DNA from: Trichoplax sp. H2
Taxonomy: Eukaryota
Direction: 5' to 3'
Assembly (NCBI GenBank): GCA_003344405.1
Contig: NOWV01000201.1
Span: forward strand, 1-64,000
DNA length: 64,000 nucleotides
The notes under the pieces were generated by a model. The model ran no database searches, was not told where the DNA came from, and saw nothing but the letters and a program-made list of their open reading frames with translations. This document shows, in pieces, positions 39,226 through 50,900 of this stretch. Position numbers and translations under genes: made by a program. Within the stretch, counting starts at the first letter, position 1; each line of letters starts with the position of its first letter.

Positions 39226-40551
39226 GCGACTTGGGAGACAGATATCATCTCCAAATTTCCTCCTATTCTGGCATCATTGCGTCGGTTATACATTAGCAAA
39301 ATGAACTGTAATGAAAGAATCATTTGGAAAAGAGGTTGATCGATTTTAATGCTTGCTAACTCAATCTTAAACCTTTTGGTAAATGCTGTGAGAAAAAGGC
39401 TAACTACTGGAGTGTGTAGCTGAATGGAAATGATGAGGGCGGTCACGAGGCAAAAGCGTCCTTGTCACGAGATACATGGCTTGGGTCACTTGACCTGATC
39501 ACGCTGGATGGTTTTGTATGATCGCGTTTGTATAGCCTGCGTGCATCTGCCATATTATGGTTATAAAATGCTGCAATTTCTCTTTCCAAATCTGGCATGG
39601 ATTTGAGCCTACTGGGATATCGATGGTGCTGACTGATATCAGAGAAACTGCTAATATCCAGTGCCTGATTGCACAATGTACAGCATGGATGAGTGATCAG
39701 GAATAGACTACCGGTGTCTTCCATATCAGTACCTGTGTCAGTATCATACAAGCTTTTTCTTTTGATCTCGAGTGATCATAAGAAATGATTTGTAGTTCCC
39801 TACCTCTGTCCGAGGTTAGACTGAAGGACCGTTTTGATCAGCCTCGAAATGATGTGGATGATTCTTGATCGAAATGCGCAGTCAACAGTGAACTTAACGC
39901 TCTCGAAAGTTGATGACCGACCAAACATTTCTAAGCTATAAATATAAGTATGATGACGACTGCTATCAACCTATTCGTAGGCGTAATAGCCTCTCTATTA
40001 CTATTAAATTAATGAATGCATTGATTAATGAATAATTGAATTACACTCGCACTTGGTGCGGTAGTTACCGATGTCATCATTCATCATAGTATAACTAAAG
40101 TATATAGTCGGAAAGAGATTAGAAGCTATTTTTTGATCTAGTGTGATAACTACGTGTATAATATACTCTTCCAGGGTACTAGTCGTACTTTAGGTCTATT
40201 GACAAATGATCATAAAAGCCAAAAACATAGCGTGACCAATGAAATCATTGAAACATTTGAAGGCAAGAATTTTTTGTCTCGTAAATGAAAATTGAATTCA
40301 ACTTTATTGTCATATGCTAGGCCAATTGGATGTAGGAGTCGTATATCCATGTTAATCAGGCCAATCTTTAAATAGTTTAGACCGAGAACATGCAATCAAA
40401 ATTAAGAATACCGTCATCGATCGATATCATATCCAATACTAAAAGAATACAACATAACAGATTAATCAAGCAACCGATAAATACTATTTTTAACAGTACA
40501 GCATCGGCAGTAACTGAACAAATTCTGTCATGGCATATCTATGAATATCTG

Positions 40552-40728
40552 ACATGGTAAATCCCCAAGGTTGGACTAGGATAGTCAAAATTTCGAGGTT
40601 GATTTGTAATGTCTTTAGGATTAGGGATCGAGTCTGGGAGCGAGTGGCGAATGGTAAGGTTTGGTTAGGTTTAGTTTTAATAATAAAAAAGATTATGTTG
40701 GGTCAATCCTAGCAACATAGCATTTACA
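40552..40728. mobile_element. Small dispersed MITE-like insertion, copy A
   Basis: Absent from the paralogous position (~37020). Similar to 42960-43140 (CTAGGAT...CAAAATTTC.GGTTG...TTAGGG..CGAGT...GAATGGTAAGGTTTG.TT.GGTTTAGTTT). Its right end GTTGGGTCAATCCTAG is the inverted complement of a CTAGGATTGAC motif. Confidence 0.6.
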
Positions 40729-40909
40729 CCTGCTATATAGATGGCTATAAATTATTTCGAACACTCTGTTCTCGTCGAGTTGACTCTTTCTTATTTATAC
40801 GATGAAAGGTATAGTTTGTCTTTTAAGTAGAAAATACTTTCAGTACTGTAAATCCTCAACAAAGAACCTCATCCTCTAAAAAACGCTAGATCTCCTCGAT
40901 CATTGTCAA

Positions 40910-41540
40910 TTAGCTTTTCTTGGCGGCGGTACTGTAAGGCTTGTTGTTGATAAAGTTATATATCATTTGGTATGCTTGCTGAGGTCTTAATGCTGGTATG
41001 GTTATGGCTTGCACCTCGAATTGTCAAGAAGTCAATCTTGTCATAACGCTCGACGAAACCTCCCACTTGTTTACCGTTGATATCCTTGTAAAACCATGGC
41101 TGTCTTGGCTTGATTACTTCCCCTCTTTCAACTTCTGACCGCCCATTGATCACCTAAGAAATTGCAAACCGTATCGACATCTCCATTATAAACTAAGCCT
41201 CTGACTTTCTTCAGGAAACTGGGGAACATTTCTACAGTTTCGGTATATTGCCTCCGATATTTTGGTTTGACTGCAATGCAAGGATTAATGGAGCCTGACT
41301 GGGATTTTTTAGTAGCTTCTGCGAACCAATAATGTAATTGGTTTGTCTTTAGTCCTTTTAGGCAGCCAAAATAATGCTTAAACGATGGGGATGAGGTAGA
41401 CCCGGTAGACTCTTGACCAAATCAGGATTCTTTGGGGTAGCATGTGCAATACTCGGTACTGCAACCGCTAAGATGCAGGTAGATAGTAGAATTTGCTTCG
41501 ACATGATCTTCCTAAACAAAGCAAATAACATTATCATTTT
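40910..41540 (-). pseudogene. Cathepsin A-like pseudogene (duplicate of 37206-38630)
   Basis: Highly similar to both ends of the intact gene. A ~800-bp internal deletion (junction ~41275-41280, joining equivalents of ~37570 and ~38371) removes GESYAG. Frameshifts at ~41003 (+1), ~41121 (+1) and ~41388 (-1). Confidence 0.92.
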
Positions 41541-41804
41541 ACAAGTTAGTGAGTCCATATACAATATACAGTACGGTAATTTCTACAAATAGAATCTGAG
41601 AAAGAGTTAACTACCGTTGCTGTGTATCTCCTTACTCCTATCATTAGCTCAATTATTTTTGGCTTTCTCAGATGCTATTAGTAGTAATTACTGGATAAGA
41701 ACAATTTAGTTATTACTTTCTCTTTATATCTTCTTGTATAAACAATCCTAAACCGCAGCTTCTAGCAAATTACGTAATGCAAATTATAGCACAATTTACA
41801 AGTA

Positions 41805-42427
41805 CTAGTGCAAACTCCCGTCGCTTTGCTGACGGGAGTTTGCGATAATGTGCTCATTTAACAGATAGTATTACCATTTGTCGTAGACCTGTCAGAGGTT
41901 CAGTAACTTTATACCGTATAGCGAGTAAATTTTAGAAAATTTACAGTAGAAATACGTATGTACTATACCTTACTTACTATTCGCATCAGAGACTACTAAA
42001 AAGACAGGACAGGAAACGGTTCAAACTAAAGTGCTGTACATTAGTATACTGTCCACGATTGACATCCGAATTAGCTGCTAAGTAGATTTTGTGCTGAATG
42101 ATTTCATTAGCACCTAATGTACTATTATTATACTGGATAAGGGTAGTTATTCTGTTTATTTCAGACAAGGAAGGGCATATAGATTACAACTTCATATACA
42201 TATAACACTTACTTATTACTTAGATACGCTGAAATGGCGTATAAAGATTTAATGTCAACAAAAGCGTACGTTTCAATAACCCGCATAAATTACTCAAGTT
42301 CTAGACATATTGTACTGTATGCAAAGGCCATGCATAGTACTGCAGCATATCGATATAAATATCACAATAAAAGATAAATCTACTGCAGTATCCGTTTTGG
42401 ATTTTTCTGTGCATGTATGTCTTGTGA
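41805..42427 (-). mobile_element. Non-autonomous Helitron-like insertion (~620 bp)
   Basis: The minus-strand 3' end reads GCAAACTCCCGTC-AGCAAAGC-GACGGGAGTTTGC-A-CTAG|T (GC-rich hairpin then CTAG, followed by T). The segment is missing at the paralogous site GCAGTA|TTGT (~38863). The other boundary lies at 42421-42427; 42427 gives a 5' TC. Confidence 0.7.
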
Positions 42428-42959
42428 TTGTGATTACTGTATTCAATTTGCGATACGGGACAGTCATTCACTGGCGTACGAGTTAAGCTAGTTATGAAAT
42501 AAATAGAACAAAATTAGTTCTCACCTGAGCTAGGCGATTGGCTTTGGAAAAATAAATATGTTCATATAGTATAGCAGTACTATATACTTCTGAATACAGT
42601 AGTGTACAATAGGGATTTCAGGATTGTACCCAGTACGTTTGTAGACGTCCGTGTAAATTTGCATTCATCAAGGTACAATAAAATGGCTAGCAAAAAAGTC
42701 GGCCTCCATATTCTATTCTTGTCACTGAAAAGCCCTTTCCTGCCCCTTTCTTTCTTCAGTAGTCTCTGCCGTACAGTGCTGTGCTAATGTATCGAATTGT
42801 TACTTGGAGCTCTTCATCTTTATAGCCCCCAAAAGGTCCTGTATACTGTACAGTGTACTTATTTGCTGCACTATCACAATCATAATAAGTAAAGAATTAT
42901 TTCGTTGGCGCTAACCATTTTCTATGTGTTCTGGTCAAAAATCTTACCATTGACTCACA

Positions 42960-43140
42960 TAAGCCTAGGATTGACTAACCCATTCTAGGATTGGCCAAAA
43001 TTTCCGGGTTGGCTTGTAAAGCCTTTTAAGGTTAGGGGGTCGAGTTCGGTGGCTCGTGGTGAATGGTAAGGTTTGATTTGGTTTAGTTTGAAAGAGAAAA
43101 ATGGTAAAGACATAGCTAGGGTTGACCATGCTTCAGGGAT
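42960..43140. mobile_element. Small dispersed MITE-like repeat, copy B
   Basis: Diverged direct copy of 40552-40728; boundaries are approximate. Confidence 0.55.
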
Positions 43141-43708
43141 TAACCATTTCATATACTGTACATTAGCGAATTGAACTGTAATGAATGGTGAAAGAATCAT
43201 TTGGAAAAGTGATTGATTTTAATGCTTGCTAATTCAATTTCAAATGCTTTCGTAAAACACGGTGAGAAAATGACTGTTGTCGTGAGATGCATTGCAAAGT
43301 GTATTGGGAGTATAAAAATGTAAAACATGTATTAATTTTCATTGCATCCAAGTCAATCAATTTCCTTTCATTGAATTGCTGATTGATAAAATTGAAATTT
43401 TATTGATTCATATTATCGCTCCAGTTTGCCATAGCAACGAAATTTTGTGTTTATGTTACTACATTGCAGAGACTGATTGAAGCAGAAAAAGCAGTAAATC
43501 AATTAAAAGTGATCTCTTTCAATCAGCATTAGCATTCGTTTATGCTGTAGAGTGGTAAAAAAAAAAAAAACACTTTACATTGTATGCCATAAACACTACA
43601 CTACAGAAAAGGAGTCCTTGCACGCATTTCTACTCGAAACATGATCGATCACTATCATATCGAAATTGGGTAAAGCCGATCGAAGAAAGACGGTGTTGTT
43701 TTAAACTC

Positions 43709-43969
43709 ATGCTGAGTTTGCCTTTAGTACTTGTAGCAATCATTCTTTCATCAATAATCCAGAATGTGGATCAATGTTGATCTCAGAGACCGGTTGGATC
43801 AAGTCGATCCGACGGATCTACTCCCTTCAACTTTTTCCGTCTGCTAAACCTACCTCCGTATATTTATAATCGACTTCATTTTCTTAACTCCAAAAATCAA
43901 CGTGTACTCCTTGTGTCCGAGTATGGACAAGTAGGAGAAGACTTCAACCCAGAATGCAATGGAGGGTAG
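43709..43969 (+). other. Signal-peptide-like ORF interrupted by an in-frame TGA (recoded ORF or pseudogene fragment)
   Basis: MLSLPLVLVAIILSSIIQNVDQC-TGA(43778-43780)-SQRPVGSSRSDGSTPFNFFRLLNLPPYIYNRLHFLNSKNQRVLLVSEYGQVGEDFNPECNGG-TAG. Local GC is elevated and there is a hairpin at 43787-43819. Confidence 0.3.
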
Positions 43970-46900
43970 AAATTATACGACTAGTATTGTAAACAAGACC
44001 TTTACTCCACTACCAAAATTAACACTCGCGTTCAATGATCAAGAGGAAGAATAAATTGTCATCATAATAATTAATTATTCTTCGATACCTTTGACGTCAC
44101 GGCATAGCATATTACAGTGGAACAATTGGTACCAGGTAAATGTTAGCATTTTTTTGAAAAAAATGGAAATATCACTACCGCCCAAAAGAAGGACAGCACA
44201 TTCATGCTTGCTCATTAATCACTTGTGTGTATTGTTCATGTTTTTCATGATATAATAAGTCAATGTTGGAAATGTAAAGTTGAAATTAGGATCGACTGTC
44301 TTGTCTTATTGTTAATCATTAGCGGCGGCAACACCCGGACTTGACGATTTTAGCCACAGTATATGTGCACATAGACATTGTATCGAATGGATCGATCTTT
44401 ATACGATCTCTAGTAACACTGCCAGTAGATACGGGATAGAATCGTACGTTGTAAATAGTGTTTTAGCAGACTATTAACACTAAAGTACAAACTGATTTTA
44501 CTTTGGCTCTCATTTGAACCTTATATTACAATCTGGAACAATCTCAGTCATTCATTGTCTGTTATACACTATCATAATCACTAAAGGTTCTGTAGTTGTG
44601 ATAGTGGCTTTTAGATAAATTAAGTTAAATCTTTCTCCTTAAGTGAAGGGTTAGTTACATCGATTTACGATCGATCATCAATACTTTATCATCGCTAAGC
44701 TTTGGTTAGGAAACTGTGTGTACATTATAAGGCACTGATCGGTGGATTCAACTTAAAGGTTTGCAAGCGATTAAGAAAATTAACCTATTTCTTGTGCATG
44801 ATGAAAAAGTTATAAATGATGTGCAAGTAATTTCATTACTGCAATATGCTTTCAATTATCAATTAGGTCGATAGATATTATTATACCATCTGATATGCTA
44901 CTTCATTAAGTAACTTTGCTTTCTTTGGCACTTTCGTCAACGTACGTTCGCTAATATAATTCGAATTAAATGTTCTCCATTTTGACTCCAACAACGCCAA
45001 ACAAACTTTTCTCGACTGAGTAACAACTTTCATGATCGAAGTAATTTATGTACATGTTACCTACGACGTATTCAATTACAACTTTAAGAAGTAATTTGAA
45101 GTTATCACAACTGATCTACTACGATACCATGATACCGAAGGTACTGTTTATATTTTACAAGTATCTTGATGACGGAACATGCACGATTGCAGATTATTTT
45201 ATTTTATTTTATTTATAGTTATTGAAGAATTACACAGTGGTATAACGCTGTGAGTTTGAATTATAATAATAATAATAATCATTACTACGCTCGTTTGGGT
45301 ACAGATAGTAGGAACGCGATTTTTCAGTCAAACACTATTAACTGCTAACAGCGCAACAAAAGTACAATCGCATTTCTGCGAGTTAATATTCGATGATGCA
45401 TGAGATTACTGATAGACTCAAGGTTAAAATTCTAAAAGATCGATAGTGATAAAGTCCTTAACATAATTAGATTTGTGGTGTTGTAAAGGATATCGCTTAC
45501 GATCGTATAATAATTTTGAAAGGAAAATTTCTCTCCAGCTTCGTAGCTAATCTAACAGTCTCAACTGTAAGTGTATAGGACAGTACTTATGTCTGCTTAG
45601 ATAACTCTCTTTCTAGTATACGTATTCACAAAATGCTTTTTAAATTTGGCTCGATACTGAATTGGCAGAGAAAACTAACGTACAACACAGTAGGAAGAGC
45701 ATCGCGGTAGGCCTAGTTGATCATCTTTTTCTATTAGTACTTGACATGCTGACGGACAGTACTTGCATGCACGTGAGATTGAAGTTGTTTGTAATCCTGC
45801 GGTTCATTGATAGAAATTAATTACTAAATAATATTGTAATTATATCTGGCAATCCTGTTTATTAAGTTTAAGCAAACTTTTCGTGCTATCGTTGACAAGA
45901 TAATAATGTATCTATCTATTAGTGTGCAATGATACCAGTTCATGAATACTTGTATGAACGTACGATTATCATTATGGCGGATCTATTTATAAGGCCCATC
46001 CGATGCAGGCACTATACTGTAAATGAGCGAAAGTTGTAAAGAGGATTGAGATGATGGCGAATCCAATTCAGTTCCATGGCAGTATACAAACTTGACAAGA
46101 TTATGTACTGTATTTTTAGCCTTCTTGGCCAGCAGTATTCGCCGTCTCAATCGATGCAATATTAAAATTTCATGCTGTGACATAGTATCTTTGAACGCTT
46201 CAACTCAATCATGACAACAATGAATCCTTGTTTTTATCCTTCCACAGCATAGAAGGAATAATGAATTGAGAAAGGGCAGAGACAGTAATTGTCCTCTAGT
46301 CCTAATTATCCCCATTGAAGGCATTGAGCTTGCTAACCAAATTACAATCGGCCATTTTAGTTTGATAGCTCTGAATTGTCAACAATCTACAGTACTGTAT
46401 GTTGCTATACTGTAGCGTGTTGTAAGAATGTACTGTACAGTTCAATACACATCAACTTAACTGTGGACTGTAAAATCGACAGTGCACAGTACTGTAGAAG
46501 CCAAGTTACTTCCTTGACTCCGAATTGCTCATTGCTTATTCTGTCTTTCCTTCTCCTTGAATTTGGAGAAAATGGTTCAGCAATGGCTGCAATATTGACT
46601 TAGATGGAGTGTTGATTACAGTATGCTATACTGAAGGTGTTAAAAAGTTGGAATAGTATGGTTGTATTCATAATTAATCAAGATTAAGTGGATGAAAGTG
46701 GTCATACACCAGGCACAACAACCTTCTTAACCCTAAGGTTTTTGTTATTCAATTCAATGAAGGCCAGACCTATTGCTTTACTTGCAAATGATATTGTAAA
46801 AGCATCGGATAAGCATTTAAATCAATTTATTGTGCTTGTCTTCCTCCATATTGAACTACAGGAGTACACTCACATTTCAATATTGACTAATTCCTACGGT

Positions 46901-47938
46901 ATCGCTAGGAGGCCATACTACACATTTCTGAGCCGAGCTACTGTCAACGAGCAAACCCAAATTGAATTGAAAAATCAAAATTACAGTACGGCTACATAAA
47001 CATCTATTAACATTGACTACATGATGTAAAGGTATACAGTTGTGATTATAATTGTGCGGAATATCTACAATACTATCGACATCATCGGATTAAAATCGTA
47101 ATCAATTGTATACCAAGAAAAGAATGTTACATAATTTACAAAGTAGCTGTGATAGCAACTTGTACTATACAACTTATAGAACAAACTTATTCCCAAAATG
47201 TCCAACAACAAATGAAACTGATACTCTTTAAAAGATGATTTGATTGACGATATAAACGTAAAAATATAATGATACTGCTATTGAACGGGTTAAAGTATGC
47301 GCTGATACTATAATAAATTGTCATCATGCAAAATTTGATCCTTAAAAGAATTCAATATAGACCGAAAGATGGCCGAGAAAAAGGGACTAAAATAGTGAAT
47401 ATTGATGATATTGAACATTCAAAATACTATATTCATCTATCAATCATATGATGGTGGTAGCTGTGATGTGAAATAGACGATATTGCGCTTAAAGTAGACG
47501 TAAATCAATTCAAAACATGGATAGAGTAGACATAACATACTGTACAATGCACAGTCGATCGACGCTATTTATACTACACTACTACGTATACATCAACACA
47601 TTTATGCTGCAAAATGCAATTATACCTCACGCGTTATATCGAGTTGTATTTCGTGTACCATAGATGTGCTGTTATCCATAATTATGTTGAAGACTTAAAA
47701 TTATATACAACGAAGGTGATGGAAAGAGTTCATTTGTACCATCTTTCCATACTTGAATTAGAACTATCTACGCGTACCTAATCAAAGAATGAACTTGCAA
47801 TTGTTAATTGAAATCGGAATGCTCCAGATACATGACTAGATTATTCTAGAAGAGTATCAAGGATAAAATTAGCCATGCATAGCAGCTAGTATAGTAATAA
47901 AAAGACGATATTTATCTATTCTTATGTGTTAATTATAG

Positions 47939-50900
47939 ATGAAAACAATGAAGATACCGTGCCTCTTGGTCCTAATTTTTGTTGCTGCCTGCAACGCTTT
48001 TTCTACTGGTGCTCCTTTAACAGCATGCACTAATATGATACCTGGCCATAGTGTTGCATCTCAAACGTCTACTCCACCTTATACACTTACAGTATCGGCT
48101 TCATCCTACACTGCTAGCTCAACATTAACATGTATGTCATTATATATTGGATATGTAAGAAACGATGATTTGCTCACCATGAGATATATGCTTTTACCCT
48201 AGGCTTGTATTAGCTTAGCCGCTTCCAATAAAATTGTAAACATTTGTTAAACTATCTTACGTGCTTGCTAATTTTTAAAATAAAAACTTGTATAATATAA
48301 TGACACTATAATGACTAACGGAGTATTGTAAATAGCAAGGTAACCGTGTACATCCACGATACCATAAATTACATCCCTACTGTATTTTAACCTATGACTT
48401 GAAACTTATTCATTTTAGTGACAATTACTGCTACATCGGGTGGCAATTTTAAAGGATTTTTCCTACAAGCACGAGCAGCTAACAGCAGCAACACGGTAGC
48501 TTATGGTGAATTTTTTAATGCCCCAGCTGGTGCTAAAACTATTGCTTGCAATGATGTAAGTAATTAGACGAATTTTACTGATACAAATTTAGAATATACT
48601 ATAGCATGGCTTCGATTTCATCTGCTATTTTTACAAAAGAATACTGCTGTCTGAAGAAATTTTTGATAGATGTATGATAACTTTATGTAATAGCAATATG
48701 GATTGATTTTAAATTACGGACAGTATAATTAAGGTTATTTGGCCGTAGCCGTATAGTAAAAGTAGTTGGTATCCCACATGTACGCGTACATCAATTTTTA
48801 AAATGATACATTAAGATTATCATGTTACTTATTAATTTCGCAGTATCTTATTATTTATTGAACTAAAAGAATATCTTGCCTACTATTAGCTTGCAAATAG
48901 CGCTGCAACCCATGCAAACTCCGATCAGAAGACGTCTATTTCTATAAGTTGGCGTGCTCCGTCACCAGTTGGTAACGTTCAGTTTTTGTAAGTCATAGTT
49001 ATTTCATTTATCACTCTTTGTGCCTTGTTAGAATTAACGTAGTAGTAACTATTTAAGCATTATGATAGATAAAAGTCGCTATAATTTTAGACCTTAGGAA
49101 GTTTTAATGACTATTATTCGCTTACAATGTGTAAATGAAAAATATTAAACTAATTTTTATTTACTTGATAATTTAAATTGTTAGCCTGACGGTTGTTCAA
49201 CAGTTCACTACTTTATGGACCGGGATAAAATCGGGCATTATCACTGGACCTGGTGCGCCGGTGAGTACTGTAGCCATCATGCGAATATAAATGAATTTGA
49301 CGACATGAAATAATTATAATCTTTGTGTTACTAATACCAAAATCTTACATATAAATCGGATAACTTGTCTAATATGTTATTTTATTACCTTTCTACAAAG
49401 CCCGTTACCACGTCGATGCCGGTAAGTTACTATCCAAGTCTAACCTAACTCCTTCTGATACATATTGCGGAATTTCTTATATCTATCTTTAACTGCTACT
49501 ATTGTTACCCATGTTATTTAACGGTCATGTCTATTTTTTTATCGTATTCTGACTTACAATATAGATTAACACTTTGATTGAAACGGTAAGTCTGCTAACT
49601 AATAATTAATTATTAATATTTTGTTAACATGTGGGTTAGTACATTTGTATCCTTCCTTTCATTACTTTTACTTCATATAAACAGTTACTAGCTAATTTTT
49701 AATGCATGTAGCTCATATGTTAATACTGTAATATTCATTCAAACAATACTAATGTTGATGACGATAAGGTAAATTTACACATATTATAATAATAGATTAG
49801 CACCGCTGGATGTGGTACAACTAAAGGTTGTTACAGAACTCCAGCTGGATGTAGCGGTCAGAACTGTCAATATATCGCTACTTATGCCGAGAGTGGCAAC
49901 AATGTTGTCTTTGAGCTACTTTATCGTCCTTCACTCAACACTGGCGTTAATTGGTGGGTTGCATTAGGCATCTCGGACGATACAAAAATGGTAAGCATAT
50001 ACTTTAGCCATTGGTAAAAATATTTCGCGCGCTTTTTTCATTATTTAACCGGCATTTCTCCAGCCCATATGATCCAATGAAATGATCTTTAACATAACTT
50101 GTTATTATGGTGCCATATAATAAAGATATTCCTTTACTGAGTTTGCAAGGTAATAAGATGCTTCGCTTTTATTTATGCTGTATTGTCTCTATGCAGGGAA
50201 ACGATACCGTCTTTGCCTGCACTAGATATGATAGTAAAATTTACTACAAAAGTTTCTACAATGACCGTCGTACACCTAAGCCTCTGACAAGCACCAGGGT
50301 ATAAATACTTTTACTTCTTGGTTAGAGTGTGTATATATATGGTACATGAAAACTATGGATATCGGTAATTGATTTTTTTATTAATCATTTATAAATCAAA
50401 GGCCGGTGTCAGCAATGTTTTCGTCAGTTATATGGAAGGCGCAATCCAGTGCAGGTTATTTCTTCATACAGTATAATAACGATGTCATTATAAAATTTAT
50501 TTACATTTGGTATACAATTACCAAAATAATTGTTGAGATAATTCTACTGTTAAGATTGCACTGCTAATGCTAATTTTTATACAGATTTACTCGGGCTAAA
50601 GTACCCTCAGCTGTTGGCAATATTGATGTGCCAGGTGCTGTTAAAAACCTAAATAACGCTCACCACTTCATTTTTGGCTTTGGAAACACTCTAGGTACAA
50701 TACTATTTTAGTAAATTATGCATATGTAGTCATTTGTACAGTAACACAATTAGTACTTTCCAGGCTTACTCATCCTAGAGTATACATATAAATATCTCTT
50801 TATAACACTTTTAATCATGACTCTACTACTGCTATCTGAAGTGTACTGTACTAAAACTTATAGATAAGCCTATACGTTTTACAACGTTACTTATGGTAAT

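Larger units (their letters stand above)
40157..43275. repeat. Second copy of a tandem segmental duplication (paralogous to ~36698-39400)
   Basis: Collinear matching blocks: GTACTAGTCGTACTTTA (36723/40176), 3' flank 37040-37206 with 40745-40910, gene body, 5' flank 38630-38900 with 41540-41804 plus ~42422-42455, TCTCACCTGAGCTAG (39006/42519), and 39289-39400 with 43159-43275. Confidence 0.9.

Noticed and set aside
41810..41843. Rho-independent terminator or pre-miRNA
   Set aside because: Eukaryotic context, no U-tract, and the stem is too short for a pre-miRNA; better explained as a Helitron 3' hairpin.
43860..44200. Faint FGF/beta-trefoil-like pattern in RLHFLNSKNQRVLLVSEYGQV
   Set aside because: No downstream exons with FGF core motifs could be assembled in frame.
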